A stretch of DNA of 61,881 nt, counting the filler, from Choristocarpus tenellus KU-1152 (lineage: Eukaryota; Protista; Phaeophyceae), in assembly GCA_964200185.2 (NCBI GenBank). It is 9 parts of 9 records of this genome, joined end to end, with 100 filler letters (N's around TTAATTAATTAA, not from the genome) between each part and the next. Parts side by side here need not be neighbours in the genome. Positions count along the whole stretch, not along the records: positions 7,468 to 22,422 come from CAXNAD020001088.1; positions 22,523 to 35,103 come from CAXNAD020001778.1; 7 more parts are not named here. One strand, given 5' to 3'. How positions within the stretch are numbered: the first letter of the stretch is position 1; every line of letters begins with the position of its first letter. The notes beneath the pieces are model-generated. The model made no database searches and was not told the DNA's origin. It saw nothing but the letters and a program-made list of their open reading frames with translations. Both the position numbers and the translations under genes were made by a program. Positions 13,401 to 29,827 of the stretch are shown piece after piece.

Positions 13401-16400
13401 TGCCTCTGTCAAATCCATGGTACTTGTCAGTGTCCCATTCCTGTTGTCAACATCACTATTTTCGCTGTCTTCACTGTCTTCACCCTCTTCGCCACTTAGC
13501 TCACTGAAATGTCCAAGTGTATTCGAGTCTGCTGAAACCTTCCTTAAGGATGAGCTATGGATGTGATGAGCTTTACCAACGTCACCATGTTGTCCAGCGA
13601 TTTGAGGGTCTACAAATCCCGACCTTTTCGATTGGCGACGGGGCCGGTGAATCCGATCAATAAAACCAAGCTTCCCAAGTGAAGCCCCTCTTGCTGTGCC
13701 CCGGCTCGAAGAAGTGCCACGGACATGACCGGGCAAGATAAGAGGTGGTGTCCGACTGGAAGATTCATTGCTGTCACTATCACTACTGACACTGTCACCA
13801 CTATTAATATCCTCACTTGAACTCTGTCCCTCCACTTGCCCATTAGTAGAATGTGAAATAGGAACAGGTGAGGGCGGCTGCAAGGAAGAGTCCACAAACT
13901 TGGCAGTGGAGGTTTTTATCCCACCTTTTGAAGCAGGTTGTTGTGGGATAGTAATCTCCATTGAAGTCCTTGAAGAGGAGGGCGTGTGAGGTGTTGTCAT
14001 CGGACTGCGACTACGAAATGGCAGTGGACTGCGCCGCCAGCTTCCAAAACTAGAGTTCTCAACAGGGGCAGGGGGTGGGTTGGCAGTGGCAGGAGAGAGA
14101 GGTGGATGGAGTGGACATGGCAGGGTCATGAAGGGAACGGAGATACACACAGAGCTACAGGGTTCATGGGGTCAATTTAATGAGGAAGAGGTTGTCCTGT
14201 TTAAGGGCCTATTAGGGTGCAAAAAAGCATTCGTTCTTTGAACTATAACCCTTCATAGTTTGGTTCTTCTTGGGACTATTTGTCATTGACTAGGGGCTGG
14301 TATGGAAAGGAAATTTCAGTAGTCAAGATAGACACAACCACAGGGTATCATGCAGTTGAGGAAATCAACAGCAAAGGGAGTAACTAGTTAATTTGGAGAG
14401 AGATGGATCTGATGTGGGGATCTGGCAGAGTGATACCCGGTGAGGAGTCCACACAACTTGAAACTAGAACTTCAAAGTGGCAAGGAACTAGACATCGTTA
14501 TAGTTCATACCTGCCACCAACTAGGTCAACTATAGCATCTACAGTACAGGTTACACATCCAAAGGGGGAGAGGGCAGTGTAAGAGATACAATACCATACT
14601 TGAGTTAATTTGGTGGGGAAGGAGATTGGTATATTTGATCAAGCCACAGATTCAGTACATCATGAGGAGACGGCCCACTCACACACCACCCTGATAAGCT
14701 CAGGCTCCCAACCTCCATCCTCCAACCCACTTCATGATCTCTAAGTTGTTACTACACATCCAAATCAAGGAAAGCCGTACATTCCAGGCCTTCTTCATAC
14801 CCTCAACTTACCGCTTGTGTTTCTTCCCAGATTGCTGACCTGTGCTCAAGGCCCTGTACCTGTCCCCATCCCAGACCTCTCCAATAGTCGTTCCTCCATC
14901 TTCAGGCTGATTAATCTCCACCCAAACTTCACAAGGAAGAGAGTTATGCAGAACATATGGTGGCCTAAGTACCAATGACCACAAAGCTAGGCCGCCACTA
15001 TCCTTGTCTTCCTTTCTCAGGACTAGGTCGGAGGAAGAGGTATCTTCTAGCTTTATAGACACACAGTTCGCCAGCATGCTTGGGGATGAAGGGAGTTCCA
15101 ACACAGACGAGGGAGAGGATGAGAAGGTCATGGATAGGGGCTAGGAAAGAAGATCTGGCATATACAAGCGATTGTGGCCAAGGGAGACTCCATGGCCTGC
15201 AGGAGAACAAGGAGTATGTTGTCAGTACCCTCCCAACTATCCATCCTGTTAATCCTTCTCCTTCCCTCGTGTCACAATTATCACATGCTTCACACAATAA
15301 CTGGTTCATTATCACATAAAATTGATCCCAGGTAAGTTATATTTAACCTCCTGTCATTCAGTTGAGTCATGTCATTGCATGCTTATTACACAACGCCTCT
15401 TCAACTGATCCATACATTACACCTGTGTGTATGGCGATCTCCTGGTTTGGCCTTTTTGTCGAAAGCAGCAACTGGAAGTTCCACAACCAACTCTTCACCT
15501 CCATCCCTCCTCTCTTCGTGACCTTCTTCTCCCACTAGTGAAGCTGCCATCCCTCCTGAAGCTGCAGCAGCAACTGACGGGTAGCGCAAAAACCGAAGGA
15601 TACCTCTTTCTAATAGGGGCAATGGAAGTGACACCCCTTCCCCAGGAGACAGGGAGATGAGGGGGTCGGGGTTCATAATGCTCCCAAGTTGAGTTTTCAG
15701 GATTCCAGCAGAGTCATTTTGAAGGAAGACCTGCTCGGAGGTTAGCATGTGGAGCGCATATGTGGATAGGAGAAGTCAGGGTTGGATAATAAAGTAGGGA
15801 AGGTGACGGGGTATCGGATTTGAGGTGGGAAGATAAGTGTGTTTGTTGGGGAGGGGGCAGGAGACTTGCTACGACTGAAGGGACAATGGGTATCATCACA
15901 TTGTCATATTATTTTTTCGTTAATCTCTTCTGCCACATCATTGCTGCCCTAGCCAATTCTATCACGTGATAACAAAGAGACAGTCTCATTTTATATGCAC
16001 TGTAAAATTGTGTTAGGTTCGTAGTAAGTAGTGATATTCTTAAATACATACTAGGTACTCCTTAGTATAGTCTGGTCATAGGCTAACAGAAGCAATTGGA
16101 TCACCTTCAGTCAGGACCACTCCCACTACCTGAAACCCTCACTGTGATGCTAGTTCTGTTTGAACGACAAAGTGCACGCCTACAGAAACTCTCCAATAAT
16201 GAAGAAAAAACAGTACGGAAAAACAAAATATGTCGTGATTATCTAGTCTATGGAGTACTACCTTACACCTCAATCGCCTACCTCCCACCTCCTCCCAACA
16301 CCAATCCCCTGCATGATATGCCCCAACCAGCTCACATTGCTTTCGAGCTGCATTGCCACATCTAGGCAGCCCGCATCAGAAGAAGACTTTTGAGTAAACT

Positions 16401-19400
16401 TCACTACCAAGCCCTCGTGCCCTGCAGAAATGCCGCGCTTCCAATTTTGTCCCTGCTCCTTCCAGGTTCCCTAAGTTTCATAGGTAAAGCTGTTTCTCAG
16501 GAAAAAATAGTGGAGGAGATACTTCATAAAGCACGACATTTCGAAACACATACAAATACGCACACATAGGTTGTAGTTGGAAGGCTGCCACTGGGTGGCT
16601 CAGTTGTCTCTGAAGAAGTAAAAAGAAACATGAAATATTTCCTGAACCGGTAAACTTCCTCATCATCCAAATTATCCACCCACACATGAAATACACACGT
16701 CCCAGTAACCCTCTTCACCACACAAGCCCTCCCAATCTCGAAAATAATCCCGCAAATCATATCCAGAAAAAAAAAATATTATTTCAATATGCCATTGTCA
16801 TCCACTCATTCGCAACTACTTACCGATGCAGAATCCTCTGCTCGGTGGAGGCCAAATATCTGGGTACGGCGACTAAGGAAGTTCAGGGAGATGCCTCGAA
16901 CTGGTTCCCATCCCTCAATCTCCACGGCAAGTCTCATATTTTCTACCTCAGACATGTCAGGGATGCAAAGCTCTGCAATCCCCACCTGTGCAATCCCTGG
17001 GCCTCCCACATCACCTCCCAGTGGCCCTAAATGTGCCCCATAGGGGTCACGACTGGGCACAATGGTGCTTGAAATTGGATCACTTGGACCAGGATTGCTT
17101 CTATCCCTGATATTGACCAGATATCAACCGTTGAAAAAGAGGAGGCTAAGGAGGTCAGTGTGAGGGGAGACAGGAATATTACAGTGACAAATGAGCATTC
17201 AGGAAACTACCTGAATGGAGCCCTTGAGGAATAGGTGAGCTGCAGGTCTTGAAGGTGAGGAAGAGGCTAGGGGTGACTATTGGGCAAAGCGGTTGTTGTT
17301 GATGCCACAAATCTTATCCAAGATCTAAAGGGTTTGCCCTTGCTTCAGGGTTCAAAAATCAATCTATGGACAGTTCTTCATGATAATATGAAAAGGAGAA
17401 AAAACTATGTGTGTGCTCACGCGCTGGTGCCCATCTTGCAGGCTTCAGGTGCGTTGTAGCCAGGCACACTCTCTAGGTAAACATTGACTTCCAGGCCCAG
17501 TCGGTTCTCTATCTCGAGGAGGCGGGAAGGACTAATTTCCCTTCCAAGGCCTGCATAGGCAGACAAGGCCGAGTACCTGGTGGAAAGATTCACTTGAGGT
17601 GTGAGTGGGGAGTCAAGTTTTGTATAGGGTGGCCAATTTCAAATGCCATAATAGAACAAATACCTGCTCAGAGCTCTCCCACCTACGGAACTGTACAGTT
17701 TGTAAGTATATATATATATGAGTGAAAGTATCTTAGAGGGTACGATTTTGCCCTGTTTGTCCGTTTGGGGCTTGGTTCCTGAGGGGTTTTTTGGACATTT
17801 TCCTACTCCAAAATGTTTTGAAGTAGGTAAAATGTGTATGTCACGAAAAGGTGTGTCCGGAACAAGGATAATGATATTTCCTAACAAATACGATAGCCAA
17901 AATTACATCGAAATCGTAACATTGGATTTTGTTTCCCAAACGGACGCAGCTCTACCCTCTAAGATACTCTGACTCTATTTTTTCTGTCATATTGTCCATC
18001 ATACCACAGCACCATGCTAAACAAAAACTAAGGGTGCTCAGGGGGGGGATAAAATGAAAGTCAGAAGCAAGCAACACCCTATCTTTCAGATAGTCATTGA
18101 CTAGTTTGAGTATGAAACAGTCCCTATATATATAAATGATGAATAGAAATAGGGCACAGGGGTAATGGTGGAAGTATTTGGATGGAGGCTGTGTTAAATC
18201 ATGTGCTATTTCCTCCACGATTCATAGATACCGCCCAGTACCATTAGCTAGTGTCGACTGTTAACCCTTCCACTACTAACAAGAAAGTATCAACTTCGCA
18301 TTCATACCGCTCTACAGAGTATGCTATCATTACTTACCATTGCATTACATATCGTTATAGTATGCTTCATCCCTGGAATCGGTAGATACATACAAATGCA
18401 ATATGTGTAACACACATAGGTTGACTACGAATTAACTTGAGCCTCATTTATTTTTCTCACACAACAATTAACCGTGGTATCTCGTTTTGCTGTTTTTGGT
18501 GCCGCCCCCCTCTTCAGACTCTGAATTCACTCTGCTGTAAGTGTACCTCGATATACAGCTGGACGAGATATATCCAGAGTTGATACATCCACAACCTTCT
18601 CCACAGGAAACAAGGTTCTACTCTGAGCATTCATCGCTATCCTGGGTCATAGCACTGAATAGTGCGCTACTTTGAAGCATTCAATCAGCCTCTTCATAGG
18701 GCATGTTACAATATCGATCACATTGAATTCCATCAGTGCTTCAGTACACTTGTTCACATCTTCGCCTACAAGAATTCAAGCCTCAACACGGAGAACTTCA
18801 TACCAATGATCAATGCAATTCAAGGTTTTAACACCTTGTGTTGTTTGGGCTGGGGGGTGGCATGTAGTTTAGTCGTAGCCATTTCATGGGGTGATTGTAT
18901 GATAAGAGACTGTGTTGAGCTTGCCTGCTTGAGCCGTGGTTGTGGAGAGGATTAAGGATAAATCCAACCGTAGTTAAGAAGGATGTTGTCAGGTTAACAA
19001 CAAGATGGTCATCTGCCCTGATGTCCCCATGGATTCCAGACTTGTTTGCACTGCTCTTCATACTCACCCCAATGCTGGCAATATGAAGATTCAACATTAG
19101 AAATGGGAAGAGGGTACACAAGGTGGGGAAGGTTCTGTTTAGCATCCATAGTACAGGAAGTCATTCTCTAGTCTAACACCTCTAACCCAGGTACTCCTTG
19201 TCCAAGTAACGCAAAGAAGGGTCAGGACCATATTCCACAAAATGCACAAAGAACGATACGTCCTGGTGTGAAGGAACGACTTGAAATCCACACGAGCTTT
19301 GTATAAAAACTGAGGACAGACACATGTAGAGCTCAATAGCATGTACCATTGAACTGGACTGTTCCACTGAGATACAGGACATCAGTGTATAGTCTCTGAA

Positions 19401-21838
19401 AAACGTCAGAACATCAGATGAGGGTGGGGCTAAGATATAGCGTGAGCTGTTGGAAAGAAGTCACAGGCAACATACAAGGTCTCATTCCTAGCAAGGATTG
19501 ATACTCCTACTTATGTAACATGTACACCTTGCACCCTCAACAGGTGATCAGAAGGTTGGTCAGAAGGTTTTGGGGAAAAGAGTATTCCATCCCCTAACCC
19601 TCACCCCAACGCTTGAATAGTTCCTTCCACCAAAGGCACAATCACATCTGAAACCTATCTTATCACCTCCATGGCTCCAGGAAGTGCTCACTCTGCTTGA
19701 CAAGGGCATTAAAGTACTTTCCCTCCATCCCCAGCGCCCCATGGATGTTCAGTGAGTCTGTTGTACTCAGAATGGGACTTGATTCAACGTGTTCATAGTG
19801 CATGCTGGCCTGTAGCCCCAAATGTCCTGGACTTCCACCTTCCTCCTTAGTAACCGCAGGGAAACTCCAGGATGGGGTTCCAGATGTTGACAAGCCCCTC
19901 TCTTCCCGACAGCCGGGGCAAAGTCTGCTTCCACTGGCACCACCGATGGAGCTTAGTTTGCTCTCTGCCATCACCTTGCCTTTACTTATGCCCACCTCCG
20001 TACCTTCCACATCCTCACCTTCAACATAGAGACCAAAACAATCACGCCGAGCACAGACAGTGACTTTCCCCAAATCAGTACTTCTGGCCTCTTCCCTGTC
20101 ACCATCCCCACCTCTGCCCCAATTTGCCATTGTAATGGCTAGATCAAGTCGGGGAGGTGCATGATCCCCTAGGAGATTTAGCAGCAGGATGTCCCCCATC
20201 ACAACCCGCACCCCATGCTGAACTAAAAGAGCTGCCCTAACCCGTAGTCGAGGAGGTACTTCTCCCTCTTTTCGTGAGCCCCACCTTTGTTGTCCACTAC
20301 CTCCATGGTGTTTGCGGCTGTAGGCCCAGGCAGCCACCTGTAGTGCCGTGTTTGTTGTCTTCCTAGCTTCTGATTCCATCTCCCTTTGAAGGACAGCCAG
20401 GGCCTCACCAGCCCGCCCAAGCTTAGATCGGGATGATAACTCCCACCCTAACAGTCCCAGGTCTTGGTTCCTTGAGAGAGCCTTGGCTGGTTTGGTCGTT
20501 TTGCTGCTGGTCACGGAGCCCCTCCTCACCTGCTTTGTCTTTGTCCCAGCACTTCTGATTGACCTCATTGAACCACTTTGAGAAAGGCTCCCCAACCCTA
20601 ACCCTCCTGTCAGTGGCAAACCTGTCTCTACCCCTGCCTGCGGACCTATGTTTTCTTTAGAAGTCTCCCCTATTGCCTCTGGAGCTCCAGACGACGGGCA
20701 GTGCTTTGCAGCGTCGGTGTGAGAAGGTAACGGCTCAGAAATCTGCGGCCCTTCCTCAGCTATGGAAGGACAGGGTCCCAGCGATGGCATAAGTTCAGAT
20801 AAGTTTGTCCATGTTTCTTCCCCTTGTCCCTGCTCTGTAATCGCTCCATCCCTACTCCCTACTCCCCCTCCAGTTGTCATCATATTTTTTGTGTGTTCCC
20901 CTTTCCCAACCCCTGCTACTTCTACAACTCCTTTTCTAGCCACTGTCCCCACCCCTGGCAATAGTGGATCATTGTCTTGTGCAGAGATGTTGCTCTGACC
21001 ACCACGAGAATGACGCCGACTTTGGCGGTTTGAATCCCCTCCATGATGATGACCACTGCTATGGTGACTCCGGCGGCGGTGATTGTGATGCAGACCACGG
21101 AGGAATACAAGGTAGGGTAGGGCACCACTGCCGCTGGCCCCGAGAGAGACTGGTCCTGGAGGGACATCACACGAGTAGACGAGGAACTTGTGAAATGTGT
21201 GCTGCCCATCTTTCTCAGGAAGAATCGTCTCCACCTGAAGATCATGACAAGTATGGTGGAGTAGGAGGAGAGAGGGAAAGGGAAGAGCATTGTGTATGAA
21301 CTGCACAGGGAGTTGAAGGGTCAAGCGAAAAAGATGAGGGCTAACAGATTTTATATATCATAGGTGTTTCACTTCAGCGAGCCTCCCTCATTCCTGTCAC
21401 ATGATACCTAATGCCACAGCAAAGTACTGCCTTGTCTTGTTGAAAGTGAATACTCACCACTAAGTCAGTATTGACTAGCCCTTGCGTAGCCGCCCAGTCC
21501 GGCACATCTAACGAACCTCCTACTCGCCTTCCACTCACTCCTCGGCCCACTACCTTATCACTGGTGTCATGGAAGCAGACATAAAGGGTTGAGGCGCGAT
21601 CCACCTCGAAAGTCAGACTGGCCAGTGAGATGACACGCTGATAAAGACTGCCAGGGGACGGTACACTAATCCCAGTTGCCCAGATGCCACCACTGTCCCA
21701 TTTTTTGCGGTATTGGCGATGGTGATGGTGATGGTGATGGTGATGTTGATGGCTAAGTTCCTTGGGGAGATGAAGTATCCTCATCTTTGAGAGGGAAACA
21801 TCTCTCCCTTTCTTGGACTGAGCCCACCGAGTGGAGCC
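7499..21838 (-). CDS. VPS13: VPS13-family lipid-transfer protein, partial, multi-exon. Approximate exons include 21838-21458, 21234-19667, 19074-18835, 17576-17421, 17106-16824, ~15730-15420, 15196-14812, ~14150-13246, ~12560-12140, 11528-10670, ~10360-9985, 9779-9630, ~9050-8410 and ~7945-7499
   Basis: Ordered VPS13-type motifs: EHFLEPW, HLVVNLTTSFL, IENRLG, LVLRPPYVLHNSLP, VWVLNKTGVSLAY and FHRTRVVTVWPRFILCNGL (VAB/SHR-BD-like repeats). Exons are bounded by AG/GT. Confidence 0.82.
17720..17975 (+). mobile_element. MITE family 1 copy in a VPS13 intron
   Basis: GAGTGAAAGTATCTTAGAGGGTA...TACCCTCTAAGATACTCTGACTC; flanks TAT/TAT. Confidence 0.92.
18040..18800 (-). mobile_element. Possible decayed LINE fragments in a VPS13 intron
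   Basis: CACCCTATCTTTCA segment (LKDRVL) shared with the LINE remnant near 25170, plus a degenerate Cys-rich tail. Confidence 0.3.
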
Positions 21839-22248
21839 CTGGAATGGGGTAAGAGGTGGGATAGTTAGCACAGGGGCAGGGGCAGCGTGGTTGGCAGGAG
21901 CAAAGAGACCGGGTGGGGGTATTTCAAGGAGGGAGAGGGGAACAAAATAGCACTATGCAGTTTTGCGGATCCAAGTAGTCTATATTCGTGTAAGGTGTGT
22001 ATGCACAGAAGAATTACTCCAGCTAACAACTTGTAAGGGCAATAAGCTTTGGCCTTTCGTGTTCATGCTGGCATGTGTGCAAATATAGATACCAACATTG
22101 TCTATCTCACATAATAGCCAATGGCACTACTAGGGTGAGCATGTGGTTGAAATGCAATATACTTCAACGTACTTTTGAAAGGGGTTTTCAGAAAAAATCA
22201 GTCGTACACATCTTAACAAGTATGTGGTGGAACTGCAACTTGACCTGT

Positions 22249-22422
22249 GGCCCAAAGTATCTTGAGGAGGGGGGGGGGGGGGGCGGTCGACACCAGGTTG
22301 TCCATTCGGACCCTGACCAGGAAAAGTGCACTTACATTATCCATCCGACACATGCAACCAAATCACCCAAAAATCGCGACATCAAGAAATGGGCCCCGAA
22401 TAGACAAACACCCCTCCCCCCC
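22249..22422 (+). mobile_element. MITE family 2 copy truncated by the contig end
   Basis: GGCCCAAAGTATCT followed by poly-G, then the same interior (CAGGAAAAGTGCACTTACATTATCCATCC) as the other copies. Confidence 0.85.
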
Positions 22423-24022
22423 NNNNNNNNNNNNNNNNNNNNNNNNNNNNNNNNNNNNNNNNNNNNTTAATTAATTAANNNNNNNNNNNNNNNNNNNNNN
22501 NNNNNNNNNNNNNNNNNNNNNNATTTTGGGTCAAGCCCATCCTCAATGAAAAGCTCCATCCTCAATTTTTGAAATCGGCTGTTAGTTGTAGTGTACGTGA
22601 AAATAAGAAAATAAGAAAACAAGAATTTTTCCTATTAATAACACCACTATTCAACAGGGATTGAAACTGGTCATAAACTTGAAACTATGAAGGTGGTCGA
22701 GAAGAAAGAGAATAATCCTAAGAATCCGTCGAGCCCCTCCAAGCCCACCGACTAAAGTGTCTCCAGTTTAAAACGCGTGTCATGTCTGAAAATTGCTATT
22801 CGAGCAGTTACTGGTACAATCTGTTGCAGGTGCGTCTTCACTGGTGCTCCTTTCTGACTAAGAACTTTTGCCTCCCTGCCACCCACAGCATAAGTTTCCA
22901 GTTTCGCCAACCTAGGAATCGCTCTACCGGTGCACGCAGGCGTCCAAATCTTTTCCATCTCCCAGGTGTTGAGGTTAAAACTACAGGGGTCAAAGGACAG
23001 CTTGCTCTATGTATATGGGCATGCTGCTCCTCCTCTTGTACCCTTCCTGGTGTTTTCTCTTTTGGACTAACAAGAGATTATCCATAGTTAATACTTACAT
23101 ACATATCTACATGCACTGTATTATTATCTAAAATTGTGGCCCCACTTTAAATGGCATAATGCAGTGTTCATTAGGCATGTTAGTCATCACTGAAGCACTG
23201 AAGGTACGTTGTTTTGGCTTGAACACAGTTCTCTCAGTATATTTTCAAGCCCTGTTTGAGGTCATGGTCAACAGACATGACTTAAGCAAATCTATCATAC
23301 TCCCTCTGTCCCATAAGTCTGGGCCGTTGAGGTTTTTTGTGAATAGCATTTTCAAATGTGAGATTCAGAAAATACAAACAATATCACTCCATAGTCAACC
23401 TTGGCTTGCGTATGGATGTCTTCAAAATATTTTTTCATTTCAAAATGGTTGAGAAACCGCCTTCTGAATACCAACGTTTTCTTTCAGAAATGACAGATTT
23501 ACCAAAAACAGCTCCGCTGGAAAAAAATGACCGGGAATGATGGTTAAACGGGCATAACGTCTCAACGAGACCTAGGGTGCAGACGCAGTTCATTGCGTTG
23601 AATTCCTTGGGTGTTTTTGCATTACATTTATTTTCTCGTCACTATCATTAAATCCACCAAGTTGTGGCCGTGTTGTGCACACCTGTCAATGGGGATCAAG
23701 CGACCCAGAACGCCCTCAGGAGAAAATATCATGTCAAGAGTGGTCAGAAGTCACTTTGGGGCTACAGTATCCTATGTGCTGATTCAAAAACTTTGACTGT
23801 GCCATACCCCCCAAAAGATGCTGCAACATCCCATCCTTACATTGCCAGAGCCACAACATTTCACTGCGAGTGGTGTTACAACCCACGTGTGTGGTATATA
23901 TCATGAAATGGATGTGGTTGTGCAAAATCTGAAAGATACACTTCCGAGAAGGGGAAGATTATTACTAGGTTAAAAAAAAAAAATCTTGAAGTGAGACCAC
24001 TACAGCAACAGTTGTGATATCT

Positions 24023-24199
24023 GACGCAAAGTTTCTGGGGGGAGGGGGTGGGGGTCTACACCAGGATGTCTATTTGGACCATAACCAGGAAAAGTGCACT
24101 TACATTATCCATCCAAGGTATGCAACCAAATCACCCAAAAATCACGACATGAGAAAATTGGCCCCAAATGGACAGCCACCCCCCCAGATACTTTTAGTC
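24023..24199 (+). mobile_element. MITE family 2 copy, TSD TCT
   Basis: GACGCAAAGTTTCTGG...CCAGATACTTTTAGTC with TCT on both sides. Confidence 0.85.
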
Positions 24200-24299
24200 T
24201 CTTAAACTAGAACCTGCAATCAGTTCCAAAAGAATTGGTCTAAACAAAGTCTCTTTCAGGCATATTGGACAGACTTTGTGCACCTGCAAACATGATTAA

Positions 24300-25400
24300 T
24301 AAAATAAAATGATGCTTGTGTGTCCATACTTCCATACAAGAACCAACTGTATCAATATTGATGTCCTATTTGTATATTTTTCACATGACCAAGGTGCTGT
24401 GCTACCTTGGAGTTGTCCCCATAATCCTTCGTATTCCATGTTCAAAGCCAGGTTGCACGCAAATTGTTAACTCCCTTGATGGGTTGGTGGTATGGGTAGT
24501 GATTTTGCTGACATATTCTGGGTTTATATTCCAACTTTGAATACCAACATTTTGGCATCAGCATTCATACCTTGCTAGGCCAACACACCAGTCAATGCAA
24601 TGGACAACAAAAGCAGCTATTGATGTAAGAATTTTCTTCTACGAGGGGCTACTACTCAACAGATGTGAAAACAACCTTGCATGGAGTAAGGAGAAACATA
24701 CCTCCCTGCAAGCAATGCAGACTTGTCTAGGGATCAATCTATAAATAGATTGTCCATATCTTTTTGCTTTGTACATGACCAAGGCAGCTTTTCTGCTGCC
24801 CTCATAGGGAGTGAGCCACAAAACTGAGCGACCTATGCTCCTCTGGAAGAGACAAGCCCTGAGTATACAAGTGTGCAATGGTCTGGTATACAATAGTTCA
24901 GAGATGCCTCAGAGAGAGTCCCTCCAGGTCACACAAACATGACAATTAATTCTCACCATTTCCAGAACAATTCTTGATAAGGTTCTCATTAGATTGTTTC
25001 TGCAAATTTTCTCGTGTTTCAGCTTCCATGTGGGTCAGGGGAATTTGGACATATGTCATTAAACTTGACTCAACAACCAATGTCACAATCTCCTTAAGCC
25101 ATGCCAGGTTTCCAGACCCACATGAAAGAAGACCAAAGATTTTGTACAAAATCCTAATGTCAGATGAAAGCACCCTATCTTTCACCTATGAGGCATGCTT
25201 GCAATCTCATGCCTGGGTGTTCATAAAAAAAAGTGTTGTTCTGTGTTGTAAGTGATGGTACATAGAGCAACTGAACTTTCAATAGGAATAATGACCACAT
25301 GCTGTTCTTTGTTCTCATCCAACTGTGAAAACCAAACCCAGCTCCAAGTGCTCAACAGAGGCCAAATGCAAGATTGTTGTCAAGGCCCTTAACTGTAGTA
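24300..25400 (-). mobile_element. Degenerate LINE RT C-terminal remnant
   Basis: KDRVLSSDIRILYKIF...GSGNLAW resembles the LINE post-RT LY...P..EYG...W region; multiple stops. Confidence 0.4.
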
Positions 25401-26173
25401 TATTATTATTGCCAAGAGTAGAATGATCAAATCAAGAGAACTACAATTTACATAGTCCCTCATATGATGTGATTCCAAACACCTCCAAACAGGACGCTTT
25501 GGACACACGACACAAAGCAAGTCGCACCCCAGCTTCCACTACTGTCTAACACAGCTAGAGTGTATCCTGTAGGACCCCTGCGATTGACAGCAAGTACACA
25601 ACCACAAACCACACACTACTAGGCAAAAACCTTCTATTGCAAATTGACCACATAACTAACCACAGACAAAATACCAACGCACACCCCAATCCCCCCTGAC
25701 CCTGCCCCAGCCACAGAACATTTAAGAGGCAGGTAAATACCAATTTATCCATGAACTCTCCCTCTACAAGTATGGCAAGCCACAACATGCACAGACTCTT
25801 TTTTTTTGCGTGTGGCATATTTCAACTTAGAGCAGCGGTAAATAGTGGGTGAGGGGGTGAAGGGTGGTGGGGGCAGGGCTGCTGGAATCCCAATTAACAG
25901 GCAGGTGACAGCAGTTACTAATCTCAGTTGGGCATCATACAAGGAAGGCTTGGAATGCCCCTTTGCTATGTATATTGCACCAGCCAGTGACAATACTTCA
26001 TTCAACTACTTGGGAGGTGCCAGGAGAAGCAGAAGCGATGCCCCTGTGAAGCCACAATGGCAATATCTTACCACAGAGATGGCACCAGCAAACTATACAA
26101 ACAAAACCCATCAATGATCTTGCCGCAGCCGCCATGCCTAGGTCTCCTCCATTCACAAAGATTGGGGGAGAGT

Positions 26174-29532
<3,359 letters not shown>

Positions 29533-29827
29533 AGTTTCAGTATACGGCTACTACCACGTATATCTCCCTTCCACCTGCGCAGCTCCGCCGTTGCCCTTCC
29601 CCCCTACCCTGTCGTTGGTCTTCACGGTCTTTCCTGTTCGTCTCAAAGCGTTAGAAAGAGAAGGGAAGAAATCAAAGGTTTACTACAGATCGCCGCGCGC
29701 GCCGCTCGGCGATAGAATCTTCCAGAATGTTTCAGTCCTTCATCAACATAATGCCTGCACATACTGACCAACGGAGGTGAAAGGGTTAGCAGCGAACTTC
29801 ACATCTAACTACATCAGACCTTCGAGT
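29533..29827. promoter_or_regulatory. Putative bidirectional promoter between ADK and the plastid protein gene
   Basis: Two divergent ATGs only 295 bp apart, with a GC-rich core CGCCGCGCGCGCCGCTCGGCG. Confidence 0.5.

Noticed and set aside
23300-23316. Stowaway-like terminus TA-CTCCCTCTGTCCCATAA
   Set aside because: No matching opposite TIR was found, so the element cannot be delimited.
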